DNA of 63,807 bases, filler included, from Octopus bimaculoides (GCF_001194135.2; 5 parts of 5 records of this genome joined end to end with filler, not necessarily neighbours in it); one strand, 5' to 3'; shown: positions 1 to 13,194, counted from the first letter of the whole stretch. Numbers and translations: made by a program. Notes: a model not told the origin generated them from the letters alone.

Positions 1-26
1 TATATATATATATATATATATATATG

Positions 27-72
<46 letters not shown>
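1..72. repeat. (TA)n then (TAGA)n microsatellite
   Basis: Directly visible. Representative of the many di-, tri- and tetranucleotide tracts in the window. Confidence 0.95.
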
Positions 73-495
73 TAGTTTTTAGTAGACTGGCAAATTAAAA
101 ATGAAAGAAATGGCATCATTTCAGTAACCCCTCGGGTTTGGACCTTGAAACATGAAATCCCAACCTCATGAAATCCCAACCCGTATACGATTTCAATTGT
201 TCTTAATTACTTCGCTAACAATAAATACTACATTATATGTGAATCGTACACACTAAATCATCTTTTCTGTACTCCAAAAATTTCTGGTATCTTGTAGCTA
301 GTCAAAACAAAACGATCGCATATTAGAATCGCTCTTCGTTGTAATTATCACTTGAATTCCTACTTTTCTCATTCATTCCTTCTGTTATTCTGTTATTCTT
401 TCCCTATTGTTTTTTTTATCCGTTTATTTCCTTCAATTAGCGAAAAGAATAATATCAATATTAATAATAATAATGATAAAAATTATAACAACGTT

Positions 496-524
496 GTAGT
501 AGTAGTAGTGGTAGTAGTGGTAGC

Positions 525-572
<48 letters not shown>
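496..572. repeat. (GTA)n microsatellite
   Basis: Directly visible; explains the poly-Val ORF at 352..612. Confidence 0.95.
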
Positions 573-573
<1 letters not shown>

Positions 574-874
574 TGGAATAAAGATTTCTTGGTTACGTTT
601 TACATTGTGTAGAATAAGAGAACAGATATTTATAACCGTTGTTCTGTTGTTATATCATGGACAGTAGACCAGTAGACAGTGGAGTTTGTTATACAACTGT
701 GTACTTGGCACCGTTGCGAAGTGTAATAGCGTGTCCTGTGCCTCTCAGTGTTTGTGTGTGTGNNNNNNNNNNNNNNNNNNNNNNNNNNNNNNNNNNNNNN
801 NNNNNNNNNNNNNNNNNNNNNNNNNNNNNNNNNNNNNNNNNNNNNNNNNNNNNNNNNNNNNNACTACTGCCACG

Positions 875-912
<38 letters not shown>

Positions 913-1288
913 AACTACATAATTCGGTTCTTTTCCTTACTTTCCCCTTTTTTTTGTCATGCTTCTCAATTCACTTATTTCAATATTTTTTCTACTTCAC
1001 TTAACACGCAAACACACACACGCGGGTACACGCACACACACACACACACACAGACGGGTACACACACGGACACATTTCACCCTTCATGACTGACTGACTG
1101 ACAACAACAACTATAACAACACCAACGATGACATCGACGACAGCGCCGCCGTAGTAGCTACCCAGGAGCATCAACCACCCACTTCAACAACAACAACAAC
1201 AACAACAACAACAAATTCGCAAAAGTGAATGAATGAATAAATAAATACATTAATAACAAGAAGAACAACAACAACAATAATGATGATG

Positions 1289-1322
<34 letters not shown>

Positions 1323-1593
1323 TAATAATAATAATGATGATGATGATGATAATAATAATAATAATAATAATGATGATGATAATAATAATACCAGCTGCAG
1401 CACTAGCGCCACCACCAGCAGAAGCAACATTCACATCTCGCTAAAACAGCCCTTTTATGTGCACCCACATGTTCAATTACGCACACAAACACACATAGAC
1501 ACAGAGGCATACACACACACAAACACATACACACGCATGCACACACACACACACGCGCATGCACGCACACACACACACACACTCACATGCTTG

Positions 1594-1783
1594 TGTGTCT
1601 GTGTTTGTCCCCGCACCATCGCTTGACAACCGATGTTGGTGTGCTTACGTCTCTGTAGTGGATCGGCAAAAAGAAACCGATAGAATAAGTACTGGGCCTA
1701 CAAGGAATAAGTCCTGGAGTCGACTTGTTAGACTGAAGGCGGTGCTCCAGCATGACCACACTGAAATAACTGAAATAAATAAA
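1594..1783 (+). mobile_element. SINE family A (tRNA head, internal microsatellite), 3' half
   Basis: Shares the blocks CGCTTGACAACCGATG, GATAGAATAAGTACT, GGCGGTGCTCCAGCATG and TGACTGAAA with copies at 6736, 14528 and 41155. Confidence 0.85.
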
Positions 1784-2299
1784 ANNNNNNNNNNNNNNNN
1801 NNNNNNNNNNNNNNNNNNNNNNNNNNNNNNNNNNNNNNNNNNNNNNNNNNNNNNNNNNNNNNNNNNNNNNNNNNNNNNNNNNNNNNNNNNNNNNNNNNNN
1901 NNNNNNNNNNNNNNNNNNNNNNNNNNNNNNNNNNNNNNNNNNNNNNNNNNNNNNNNNNCCAATAACACTATCCGTATCACGTCCTCACTTTGTTGTTTTT
2001 TTTGTTATTGTTTTTTGTGTTTTTTTGAACTTATATATATATATATATATCGGCCATGATGAAATACCACAAGGTATAGAAAATACGTATTCGCCTTTAT
2101 ATATTTAATCCTTTATATTGAACACTCAGTATTTCATCTATTCAATAAGACATATTCCATATATTCAATAAGACATTCAATACTTTATTTCATAGTACCA
2201 TCCATTTTTATTTTATATTATATATTGTATATTATATTATATATTGTATATTCCATATTCTATATCCCACATTGGTTTTGCAGGAATATAAATAAAACA

Positions 2300-2590
2300 T
2301 AAAAAACAGACAGTATATAATAGTTCCTGTCCAAATGTCTTTGACCATAGTTTTGTACCATCAGGACCGATCTAGGGCTGAATCAGAACTAACCTAGGAC
2401 TGCATCAGGACTGACCTAAGACTGCGTCGGGACTGACCTGGAGTTACGTCAGGGCTGATCTAGGGTTGCATCAGGACTGACCTAGGTTTACATTAGGACT
2501 TACCTAGGGTTGCATTAGGACTGACGTAGAGTTACATCAGGACTGATCTCGAGCTGCGTCAGCACTAACCTAGGGTTAAACAATAAAAAC
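2300..2590 (+). mobile_element. SINE-like family C, 3' end, with amplified terminal 22-mer
   Basis: AATGTCTTTGACCATAG...ATCAGG.CTGACCTAGGG.TAAACAATAA resembles the 3' end of the copy near 7255-7320 (GATCAGGGCTGTCTTGGCGCTAAACAATAAC). Confidence 0.6.
2359..2578 (+). repeat. 10 x 22-bp minisatellite, consensus about CATCAGGACTGACCTAGGGTTG
   Basis: Units start at 2359, 2381, 2403, 2425, 2447, 2469, 2491, 2513, 2535 and 2557. No indels, several substitutions per unit. Confidence 0.95.
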
Positions 2591-2973
2591 GCCATCAACA
2601 ACAAATATATACTTAAGAAAGTAAGTAATGTCAGAAAATCAGGCATCGAAGTCAAATGCTCACCATAGAACTTCGTCTGCATTTTCTGGATCATTTTAAT
2701 TTCTAACTTAATTTTTGTTTTCTTTCTTTTATAAGTATATATATATATATATATATATATATGTAAAAAGAATATGTTTTTTATTAATATTGTTATTGTT
2801 GCTGTTATCTGGTCTTGTAAAACCTTGCTCTACTATCGCATCACGACAGCGAGATTTTCTTGCCCTCCAAAATCAATGGAGCGTGACAATGTCGAGAGAA
2901 GGACAGACTGGTTGACTTGTCGCACATACACAAACACCTTAATTGTTTGTATGTCCATAGGAAAACGATAATG

Positions 2974-3012
<39 letters not shown>

Positions 3013-3117
3013 GAATCTCGAAAGAGTGAAAGAAAATACAATAAAAGCAAATGCAAAAAAAACAATAAAAATCAAATACCAAACAAGTAACAACAAATGC
3101 AGGCAAGCAGACAGGAG

Positions 3118-3160
<43 letters not shown>

Positions 3161-3746
3161 GCATACATATAAACATACATATATATACACACATACATAA
3201 ATACATGTAGAGAACCATACATCCAAACATTCACATATATGCATGTCTGTATATGTGTATACTTATAAACACACAAGTATATACATATATATATATATGC
3301 ACACACAAACATACATATATTTTTGTATATATTGAGTTAGGCATGGCCTGGGTCTATACTGGCTGAAACCCGTCAAAGTTATCAAAGTTATATGGTGGGG
3401 GGTGGGGGGTTATATTGTGGGTGTTTTTCTGTCTGTGGTACATTAATGCCCCCAATAGATGCTCTCTCTCTCTCTCCGCATTGTACTTATTGCAGGAGGT
3501 TGATTTTGGTGAGGTGACACTTGGGGTTAGCACACTCAATATATGACACTCAGAACTGAATTTGTGTATTCATGCATAGGTGGGTACGTGAGTGTAGGTG
3601 AGTGTATTTGTACGTGCACGTACTCCCTATACTCAGTCATAAGAATCTATGCCCCTATTGAGTACTTTCAGCTCGTGTTTTTAAACTCACGCATGCATAT
3701 ACATATATTCACTTACGTACATTTACACACACATTCGCATATATAC

Positions 3747-3785
<39 letters not shown>

Positions 3786-4677
3786 NNNNNNNNNNNNNNN
3801 NNNNNNNNNNNNNNNNNNNNNNNNNNNNNNNNNNNNNNNNNNNNNNNNNNNNNNNNNNNNNNNNNNNNNNNNNNNNNNNNNNNNNNNNNNNNNNNNNNNN
3901 NNNNNNNNNNNNNNNNNNNNNNNNNNNNNNNNNNNNNNNNNNNNNNNNNNNNNNNNNNNNNNNNNNNNNNNNNNNNNNNNNNNNNNNNNNNNNNNNNNNN
4001 NNNNNNNNNNNNNNNNNNNNNNNNNNNNNNNNNNNNNNNNNNNNNNNNNNNNNNNNNNNNNNNNNNNNNNNNNNNNNNNNNNNNNNNNNNNNNNNNNNNN
4101 NNNNNNNNNNNNNNNNNNNNNNNNNNNNNNNNNNNNNNNNNNNNNNNNNNNNNNNNNNNNNNNNNNNNNNNNNNNNNNNNNNNNNNNNNNNNNNNNNNNN
4201 NNNNNNNNNNNNNNNNNNNNNNNNNNNNNNNNNNNNNNNNNNNNNNNNNNNNNNNNNNNNNNNNNNNNNNNNNNNNNNNNNNNNNNNNNNNNNNNNNNNN
4301 NNNNNNNNNNNNNNNNNNNNNNNNNNNNNNNNNNNNNNNNNNNNNNNNNNNNNNNNNNNNNNNNNNNNNNNNNNNNNNNNNNNNNNNNNNNNNNNNNNNN
4401 NNNNNNNNNNNNNNNNNNNNNNNNNNNNNNNNNNNNNNNNNNNNNNNNNNNNNNNNNNNNNNNNNNNNNNNNNNNNNNNNNNNNNNNNNNNNNNNNNNNN
4501 NNNNNNNNNNNNNNNNNNNNNNNNNNNNNNNNNNNNNNNNNNNNNNNNNNNNNNNNNNNNNNNNNNNNNNNNNNNNNNNNNNNNNNNNNNNNNNNNNNNN
4601 NNNNNNNNNNNNNNNNNNNNNNNNNNNNNNNNNNNNNNNNNNNNNNNNNNNNNNNNNNNNNNNNNNNNNNNNNNNNN

Positions 4678-4720
<43 letters not shown>

Positions 4721-4754
4721 TCTCTCTCTTACTGTTTATATACATATTGTGTGT

Positions 4755-5019
4755 CACCTTGGGCCCACCAAAGCCTTGTGAGTGGATTTGGTAGACGGAT
4801 ACTCAATGAAATACATCATATATATGTGTGTGTCTGTGTTTGTCCCTCGATCACCACTTGACAATCGGTGTTGGTGTGTTTCTGTCCCCGGTTCGGCAAA
4901 AGGTACCGATAGAATAAGTGCTAGGCTTAAGAAGTAAGCCCTGGGCCCGATTTGTTCAACTAAAACCCCTACAAGGCGGTGCTCCGGCATGGTCACAGTC
5001 AAAATGACTGAAAGAAGTA
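4755..5019 (+). mobile_element. SINE family A, 5'-truncated copy
   Basis: GCCTTGTGAGTGGATTTGGTAGACGG, then a short (TA)/(TG) spacer, then the family 3' body ending TGACTGAAAGAAGTAA. Confidence 0.85.
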
Positions 5020-5091
5020 ATATATATATGCATATGCATGTATGTGTGTGTGTGTGCGCGCATGTCCGAGTGAGCAAATATATTTATAAGT

Positions 5092-5162
<71 letters not shown>

Positions 5163-5170
5163 TGAGCTGT

Positions 5171-5220
5171 CGAAGGGGGTCTTGGAATGTAACACCCGCG
5201 ATAGTCGAGGGATTACTGTA
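5171..5220 (-). mobile_element. pogo/Tigger-like terminal inverted repeat (solitary)
   Basis: Minus strand reads TA-CAGTAATCCCTCGACTATCGCGGGTGTTACATTCCAAGACCCCC, the typical Tigger end pattern with a TA target. No partner TIR seen. Confidence 0.6.
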
Positions 5221-5799
5221 TATGCCCTAGAGGAGTACCTAACTCGAAGTGTCATGTTTATTACTTTTAAGAACTTTGCAGGGCAAAAAGATATGAAATT
5301 GGCTTTGAATGGAAATCGAAACAGCTTCGTGAAACGGCTTCTGAAATTAATCATTTGCTTTCTTCTTGCTGTATCCATTGCCTGCATGGCTTGGGAAATA
5401 TTGCAAGTTAAACGTAATACTATCATAGTGTTTAGGAAATGCTTAAAGTTTTAAGCTGTATTAAATGACTTGCCTTATGTTAACATAGTAATTTTCTTTT
5501 TGAGTATCTGATATATACATCACATTTCTGTGTATGCCATCCGCCTTGTATACCTTTTACATTCACTCACGTGTAGTCGCGCGCTTGTGCGCGCACACAC
5601 ACTCACACACATGCACACACACACACACACACATACATGCACACACACACATACACACACACATACACACACTCTCTTTTTCTATCTCTTTCCCTCTTTT
5701 TCTATCTCTTTCTCTCTTTTTCTATCTCTTTTCTTTCTTTCTTTCTTTCTCTCTCTCTTTCTATCTCTTTCTCGCTCCTTTTTTCACTCTCTCTCACTT

Positions 5800-5842
<43 letters not shown>

Positions 5843-6735
5843 NNNNNNNNNNNNNNNNNNNNNNNNNNNNNNNNNNNNNNNNNNNNNNNNNNNNNNNNNN
5901 NNNNNNNNNNNNNNNNNNNNNNNNNNNNNNNNNNNNNNNNNNNNNNNNNNNNNNNNNNNNNNNNNNNNNNNNNNNNNNNNNNNNNNNNNNNNNNNNNNNN
6001 NNNNNNNNNNNNNNNNNNNNNNNNNNNNNNNNNNNNNNNNNNNNNNNNNNNNNNNNNNNNNNNNNNNNNNNNNNNNNNNNNNNNNNNNNNNNNNNNNNNN
6101 NNNNNNNNNNNNNNNNNNNNNNNNNNNNNNNNNNNNNNNNNNNNNNNNNNNNNNNNNNNNNNNNNNNNNNNNNNNNNNNNNNNNNNNNNNNNNNNNNNNN
6201 NNNNNNNNNNNNNNNNNNNNNNNNNNNNNNNNNNNNNNNNNNNNNNNNNNNNNNNNNNNNNNNNNNNNNNNNNNNNNNNNNNNNNNNNNNNNNNNNNNNN
6301 NNNNNNNNNNNNNNNNNNNNNNNNNNNNNNNNNNNNNNNNNNNNNNNNNNNNNNNNNNNNNNNNNNNNNNNNNNNNNNNNNNNNNNNNNNNNNNNNNNNN
6401 NNNNNNNNNNNNNNNNNNNNNNNNNNNNNNNNNNNNNNNNNNNNNNNNNNNNNNNNNNNNNNNNNNNNNNNNNNNNNNNNNNNNNNNNNNNNNNNNNNNN
6501 NNNNNNNNNNNNNNNNNNNNNNNNNNNNNNNNNNNNNNNNNNNNNNNNNNNNNNNNNNNNNNNNNNNNNNNNNNNNNNNNNNNNNNNNNNNNNNNNNNNN
6601 NNNNNNNNNNNNNNNNNNNNNNNNNNNNNNNNNNNNNNNNNNNNNNNNNNNNNNNNNNNNNNNNNNNNNNNNNNNNNNNNNNNNNNNNNNNNNNNNNNNN
6701 NNNNNNNNNNNNNNNNNNNNNNNNNNNNNNNNNNN

Positions 6736-6925
6736 CCCCCTAGCATTGCTTGATAACCGATGCTGGTGTGTTTACGTCCCCGTCACTTAGCGGTTCGGCA
6801 AAAAAGACCGATAAAATAAGTACTAGGCTTACAAAGAATAAGTCCCGGGGTCGATTTGCTCGACTAAAGGTGGTGCTCCAACATGGCCGCAGTCAAATGA
6901 CTGAAACAAGTAAAAGAATAATTAT
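6736..6925 (+). mobile_element. SINE family A, 3' half (5' half probably in the preceding gap)
   Basis: Close match to the 14528 copy. Confidence 0.9.
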
Positions 6926-7094
6926 TTCAACTCTATGTGTATGTGTGGAACATATTTAACAATGTAGTCTTCGATATGCATAGGTCATTTCGTATGTTGT
7001 AGGCCCTGATATACAATAAAGATGAGATGTTGAGTGTTTAAAATGCTCTTGATCATGGCGCTGATTCGCGGCAAAGCAGTATCAATAATAACGA

Positions 7095-7330
7095 CATCTG
7101 TTGGGAACCTCAGGAGGTCGATCTACTTACTAGAAATGGCAGTTAAATCTACATCAACTCATATTTCGCTTTTAGAATGGAAAGAATATGAACAAAAGGA
7201 TGGAGATGTTGCATAATGTTGTCTCAAGATAAAGGTCACACGAAAGAAAGACGGAATGGTCATAGCTGGAGAGTCTCCTTGATCAGGGCTGTCTTGGCGC
7301 TAAACAATAACAGCAAAGCAACAACAACAA
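7095..7330 (+). mobile_element. SINE-like family C
   Basis: CTAGAAATGGCAGTTAAATCT core (also near 19310, 27585, 30625, 36210) and 3' end GATCAGGGCTGTCTTGGCGCTAAACAATAAC. Confidence 0.55.
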
Positions 7331-8424
7331 CCACAACATCTGTTGGAAGAAAAACGCCATCTATATGGTGGTGGTGTCTATCTTTAATGGTGGTAGTACA
7401 GTGGTCGTCTTGGTAAAGGATGCTGGTGGCGTTAGGATGGCGAGTACTGTTTTCGTTTGTTATATACACACGTACTTACACAAGCACATACATACATACA
7501 TACATACACCACCACTGCTGCCGCCGCCGCCACCAGCGTCGCAGACGCCATCAACAGCAACAGCAACAACGGCAGCAGCAGCAGCAGCAGCGACAACAGC
7601 AGCAACAACAAAACACATTTTGGATTGTGTGAGTCTCTGATGCTGAAGTAATGCATAAAGCACGTCGACCATTGGCGACAACAATACGGTTCCATATGCT
7701 CATGGTTACTGTAGGGAGGGGGTAGGGGGAAAGGAGGGTCTATGTCACACTCCACTGCATCCCTGGCGGCCTTTCAAGGAACACTCGACCCCATTCCCAC
7801 CCCCACTAGTCTCTGTCTGTGTTATTTTACTTCAGCCTTATTACTTTCACGCCACACAGTATTATATATATATATATATACATACACACATGTATATATA
7901 AGTACATGAATATCNNNNNNNNNNNNNNNNNNNNNNNNNNNNNNNNNNNNNNNNNNNNNNNNNNNNNNNNNNNNNNNNNNNNNNNNNNNNNNNNNNNNNN
8001 NNNNNNNNNNNNNNNNNNNNNNNNNNNNNNNNNNNNNNNNNNNNNNNNNNNNNNNNNNNNNNNNNNNNNNNNNNNNNNNNNNNNNNNNNNNNNNNNNNNN
8101 NNNNNNNNNNNNNNNNNNNNNNNNNNNNNNNNNNNNNNNNNNNNNNNNNNNNNNNNNNNNNNNNNNNNNNNNNNNNNNNNNNNNNNNNNNNNNNNNNNNN
8201 NNNNNNNNNNNNNNNNNNNNNNNNNNNNNNNNNNNNNNNNNNNNNNNNNNNNNNNNNNNGTTATTTTACTTCAGCCTTATTACTTTCACGCCACACAGTA
8301 TTATATATATATATATATATACATACACACATGTATATATAAGTACATGAATATCCATACATATGTGTATATATATATGTGTGTACACATGACTGTGTGC
8401 GTGAGCGTCATTTTGCATGTCTTT

Positions 8425-8630
8425 CTATTTCCTTTCCGCTCACAGTTTGACAACCGGTGTCGGTTTGTTTACGTACCATTAACATAGAGGTTCAGCAAAA
8501 AAGACCTATGAAATATCTACCAATCTTAAAATAGTACTGGGCTCAATTTGACCGACTAAACCCTTCAGAGTAGTCCCCCAGCGTGGCCACACTGCAACGA
8601 CTGACACAAGCAATAAAAGTAAACGAATAA
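8425..8630 (+). mobile_element. SINE family A, diverged 3' half
   Basis: TTGACAACCGGTGTCGGTTTGTTTACGT...GACTAAACCCTTC...CGTGGCCAC...GACTGACACAAG. Confidence 0.75.
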
Positions 8631-8724
8631 ACCATTGGATTACTGTATTACGTACGTTTCTGGCAAACAAAACTCATCGTTTTCTGGAGTCAAAAACTCA
8701 GGTATGCTTAGCCAGGATAATATT

Positions 8725-8942
8725 GGTTTCATGTTTTGGCACAAAGCCATCAATTTCCAGGAGGTTGGGAGCTTGTCGGTTGCTTCAACCCTAGTACGCA
8801 TGTACTACTTCTTTCATCGACCCCGAAAGATGAAAGGCAACGTTGACCACGGACGAATTTGAACTCAGGACGTAAAGAAGGACGAAGTACAGCTTGGCAT
8901 TTTGCCCGGCGTGCTAATGATTCTGCTAGCTTTCCGCCTTAA
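8725..8942 (-). mobile_element. SINE family B (tRNA-derived head)
   Basis: Minus strand starts AAGGCGGAAAGCTAGCAGAATCATTAGCACGCCGGGCAAAATG, has a B-box-like GAGTTCAAATTCG and GGGGTCGATGAAAG. Paralogs at 18505, 23770 and 41988. Confidence 0.8.
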
Positions 8943-9179
8943 ATCAAGGTTTTTGTCAGCTGTCAACGTAAATGTCTGAAGTAATATATTAAAAAATATC
9001 TGCAAAAATAACGGTGCTATACAAACAAGCATTCTGGATTACAGCCAATAAAAGACCACCCGAATGATTTGTTGGTAAAGTCGTAAAGTTCCATTCGCCA
9101 ACACGCTACTTGGGTGGCAAACTAAAAACTTGATGGTAGATTAATCCTTGCTTGGTAGACTTAATTTGTCGTTCATTTT

Positions 9180-9620
9180 AACACCACCACATGACCCCTG
9201 GACGCCTTTAGCTAAGTCCACTCTGTCACAAGCATCATTAGACTAGGTCACCGGCTGAAGAATAACTTCCTCCTTTCCTCTCACTAGGGTTATAAATGTT
9301 TCGCTTTTTCTTGAAAGTCATTAAATATGACAAGATACATTAGTCCATCAATACCTCCTATCCTCCGTCGCTATCTTCTATAGCTTTTGCAATGGTTGCC
9401 ATTCCTCTGAAACAGTAAAGTGTCTTGTCTTTCCAAACAGCCGTCTTACCTCTTCTTGTCGTCATTCTTACAGTGTCTCACACACCAAACTTCGTACTAA
9501 GAACCCAGGCCTTCTACCCTAGGATTATAACTCTCCGAAAATACTTTCCCTCAGGGTGAATATAACCGATTCGACTTCATAGTCTGGAATAGTCTGCAAA
9601 GGCTACAGCGGTTTGATTGC
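9180..9620 (-). mobile_element. possible highly degraded LINE fragment
   Basis: A broken minus frame reads EWQPLQKL*KIATEDRRY*W, loosely like the RTE-type ORF C-terminal motif. Many stops; inference only. Confidence 0.2.
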
Positions 9621-10019
9621 ACTGCACTTTATCTTCGGTGTAGATAAGAATGTAAACAAAAAAAGGCAGATTAGGTGCGATGCATACCCTGCGCGCTCAC
9701 AAAGATAAAATAAAATTTAATTTAATAATCTCAGACGAATTCATATTTCAACTAATGACATCAAGAGTAATTTCCCCTGCTTGTCGTTTATGCATATATA
9801 TAACAAAGAAAAAAGTATTTTGATTCACCAAACCAAAATTTAATGAGTTCAACCCACTCACCCAATAAGTATTTCTGCCAGGTTTGGGGGAAATCCGTTC
9901 AACCGTTTTCCAGTAATTTTGCAAACACACAGACAAACAACACAGACTGCAATACCCTGCTTTCGCATACGTGTGCAGGGTTAAAAGATGATACAATCAA
10001 ATTGAACTACATGAATTTT

Positions 10020-10393
10020 TTATCATATTTTACTTGTTTCAGTCATTGGATGGCAGCCATACTGAGGGCACCGCCTTGAAGAGTTTAGCCTGGTACATAT
10101 TCTATCGGATATGAACCAGCATCGATTGTTTGCTAACGTTGGTGGAGAAACAAACACCAAGGGACATATACATAATTACATTCGTACACACACACACACA
10201 GATATATATATGTATGTATATGTACATTAACGGGCTTCTTTCAGTTTCCTTCTACCAAATTTACTCACAATGCTTTGCTCTGCCCGGGGCTAGAGTAGAA
10301 GTCACTTTCCTAAGCTACTACGTACGCAGCGAGACTGGACCTGGAGCCATGTAGTTGAGAAGCAAACTCCGTAGCACGCAGCCTGGTTTGCGC
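10020..10393 (-). mobile_element. SINE family A, near full length, diverged
   Basis: TTTTACTTGTTTCAGTCATT (3' end) ... internal (CA)/(TA) tract ... GGGCTTCTTTCAGTTTCC.TCTACCAAAT.TACTCACAA ... head. Confidence 0.85.
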
Positions 10394-10479
10394 TTAACTC
10401 TCTTAGAGGAATCCCGAGTTGTTTAATCCCCTTTTTTCTCCACAGAAAGTTCATAAAATAGGTATCAGGAAGGCACTTT

Positions 10480-10580
10480 GGTCTCCAGCATTTGGTTTCG
10501 TTGAACGATCCAGGAAACGAACCTGCAACTTTATAATCGTGAGCCAAACACTCCTAACAACTACATCACGTGCCTTCACA
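10480..10580 (-). mobile_element. tRNA-like SINE head (family D), degraded
   Basis: Minus strand GTGAAGGCACGTGATGTAGTTGTTAGGAGTGTTTGGCTCACG...GCAGGTTCGTTTCC; resembles the 43770-43915 copy. Confidence 0.5.
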
Positions 10581-10910
10581 AGTTGCTATCGGTACGAAAA
10601 TGAGAACGTTTCGTGTTTTCTACTCCTTTTCAAAAGGTTGGGCGACTTAAAGAGATGCAAAATGCAATCGGGGAATTAGATCTCGCCTGAGGCTTCCTTT
10701 TCTCTGCTGTAATGTAGGCGTTCGCCAAGCAAGAGTGCTGAGCATTAAATCACGTCTTTGGCTGCTTTTACTTGTATCTCAAGTTAAAGCAAAACTATTT
10801 GTCCCACTACACAATACTAACATACGATGATTGCTGTCTTTTCTTTTCATTTAACAACTACAACAATAAACAAACACACACACTTATACATCTACACACA
10901 AATATATATA

Positions 10911-11011
<101 letters not shown>

Positions 11012-11779
11012 AAGAAAAAAAACAGAATAGAAAGCGAAAAAGAAATGCCACGACAGAGAGCATCGTCAAATACTTCAGTGAAAAGAACTTGTTAAATGAA
11101 CGTGTTTTCCAGTGATTTCCACCACTTCAGCACTTGTACAATAGATACCTATCTATTATATACGAGCGATCTTGCAGATGTATAAGATGTGTATGAAGAT
11201 GTGTACGTACATTATATTCGCGAGTGTCGCCCATTTGGAGGGCCATTGTATGCGAGAGTACGAATGAGTGTGTGTGTGTATTTACGTGCATGTATGTGGA
11301 CGTGCGTATGTGTATATGGTGGTGTTTTTAGCCAGACGTTTTCAGTGGCTTTCAAACTTCGACAAATTATATATGGAGATATATGTATTATATTCATGAG
11401 TGTTCTTTTTGTTGCTGTTGTTTTTGTTGTGGTTGTAGTTGCTGTTCTTATTTCCGTCGCAGTCGTCAACATCATTGTTGTTGCTGTTGTTGTTATTGTT
11501 CTTGTTGTTATTAAGCGCGGGTCTTTACAAAATAAATCGCTAACATTGAGACACTCTCATAGTCACACACACACTCTTAGAAACACAGAGGTTTGCACAT
11601 ATATAGAGACATATTACACACTCACATCTATAACCTGATAAAAAGATTCTCTATCTATCTGTCTACCTATCTACCTATCTATCTATCTATATTTCGCATT
11701 ATTTCTCTCTCTTTATATCTATGTTGCTCTCTTTCTCTCCCTACATCTCTCTTTATATCTGTCTCTCTATCTCTCTCTC

Positions 11780-11833
<54 letters not shown>

Positions 11834-12013
11834 AATATTATATGTATTAGTTTTATCTATCTATCTATCTATATATATATTTATAAATATATTTATATAT
11901 ATATATATAGATATATACATACCTACATACATACATAGGTACGTACGTACATACATACATACATACATACATACATACATACATACATACATACATACAT
12001 ACATTCATACAAT

Positions 12014-12171
12014 AGGAGTAGGAGTTGTTGCCTGGTAAGTAGCTTGCTTACCAACCATATGGTTCCGTGTTTAGTCCCACTGTGTGACACTTTGGGCAAG
12101 TGTTTTCTACTGTAGCCTCGGGCCGATCAAGGCCTTGTGAGTGGATTTGGTAGAAGCTGAATGAAGCCTGT

Positions 12172-12175
<4 letters not shown>
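12014..12175 (+). mobile_element. SINE family A, 5' half
   Basis: GGTAAGTAGCTTGCTTACCAACCATATGGTTCCGTGTTTAGTCCCACTG (A/B-box-like head) followed by TTGGGCAAGTG and GTGAGTGGATTTGGTAGA. Confidence 0.85.
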
Positions 12176-12213
<38 letters not shown>

Positions 12214-12297
12214 GTATGTATGTATGTACGTGTATCTATCTATCTATCTATTTGTCGTTCTACCGCTCAATTTATTTATATCCATCCATCTGTCTGC

Positions 12298-12340
<43 letters not shown>

Positions 12341-12739
12341 CGTGCGTGTGCGAGTATGTACGTGTCAGCGAAAACTAAAATAAAAATAAGCGAAAAAAAA
12401 TATAAATAGTTATCTGGAGCGAAATACGAAGTGAATAGCAATAGGGATTGAATCCTTTCAAAATAATAGGTTAATGTGTATCTAATATCAAAGCCTACAA
12501 TGAGGAGAGCCTATGAGAAAAGAAACCCTTACTTTCTAACAGTGACTCCTGAATTCCTGCAGTGAATCTGGGAGAAGAAGAAAAAAGTCGCGTTTGTTGT
12601 TTGACCTCTTTCGTATGGCGTAACACGACGACAGGCTGTTTAAATATATAAAAAAAGAACACTTTCAATTCGACAATAACGTACGTGTGTCTGTGTGTGC
12701 ATGCATGCGCGCGCGCGCGCGCGTGTGTTTAAATATATA

Positions 12740-12870
12740 TTTTTTATCCTTTACTTGTTTCAGTCATTCGATTGCAACCATGCTGGGACGGGGCACGGCA
12801 TTCAAAAGTTTTTTGTCGAACCTCAGTACACGACTGGTACATCTTCGGTCATAGGTTTTACTCGATCTGA
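12740..12870 (-). mobile_element. SINE family A, diverged 3' end
   Basis: TTTACTTGTTTCAGTCATTCGATTGCAACCATGCTGG is the reverse complement of the family 3' end. Confidence 0.7.
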
Positions 12871-13044
12871 GCTGCGCTTGAGTTATGCAATAGTACCAAT
12901 AGCTACAGCAATAACAAATATCTTATATATTTTAAGAAGATGCCTGGAATAAAGCGCTAAAGCATTCCTGCCTTTCTCAACAAGATTACCAGCCGAAATG
13001 GAGTAACACTTCATTTTAAATCCTATGTATTTGGATATACATTC

Positions 13045-13053
13045 TGTTGTTGC

Positions 13054-13084
<31 letters not shown>

Positions 13085-13175
13085 CTTCTTCTTCTTCTTC
13101 TTCTTCTTCTTCTTCTTCTTCTTCTTCTTCTTCTTCTTCTTCTTCTTCTTCTTCTTCTTCTTCTTCTTCTTCTTC
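13045..13175. repeat. (GTT)n-(CTT)n compound microsatellite
   Basis: Directly visible; explains the poly-Lys and poly-Leu ORFs. Confidence 0.95.
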
Positions 13176-13194
13176 GTGCTGTTGATGTTCTTGC

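Noticed and set aside
2359-2578. CRISPR-like regular periodicity
   Set aside because: Units are contiguous with no unique spacers, there are no cas genes and the context is eukaryotic.
7821-8355. ~95-bp direct repeat (7821-7914 and 8260-8355) flanking a gap
   Set aside because: Identical except for (TA)n length and ends exactly at the gap edges; most likely an unmerged contig overlap.
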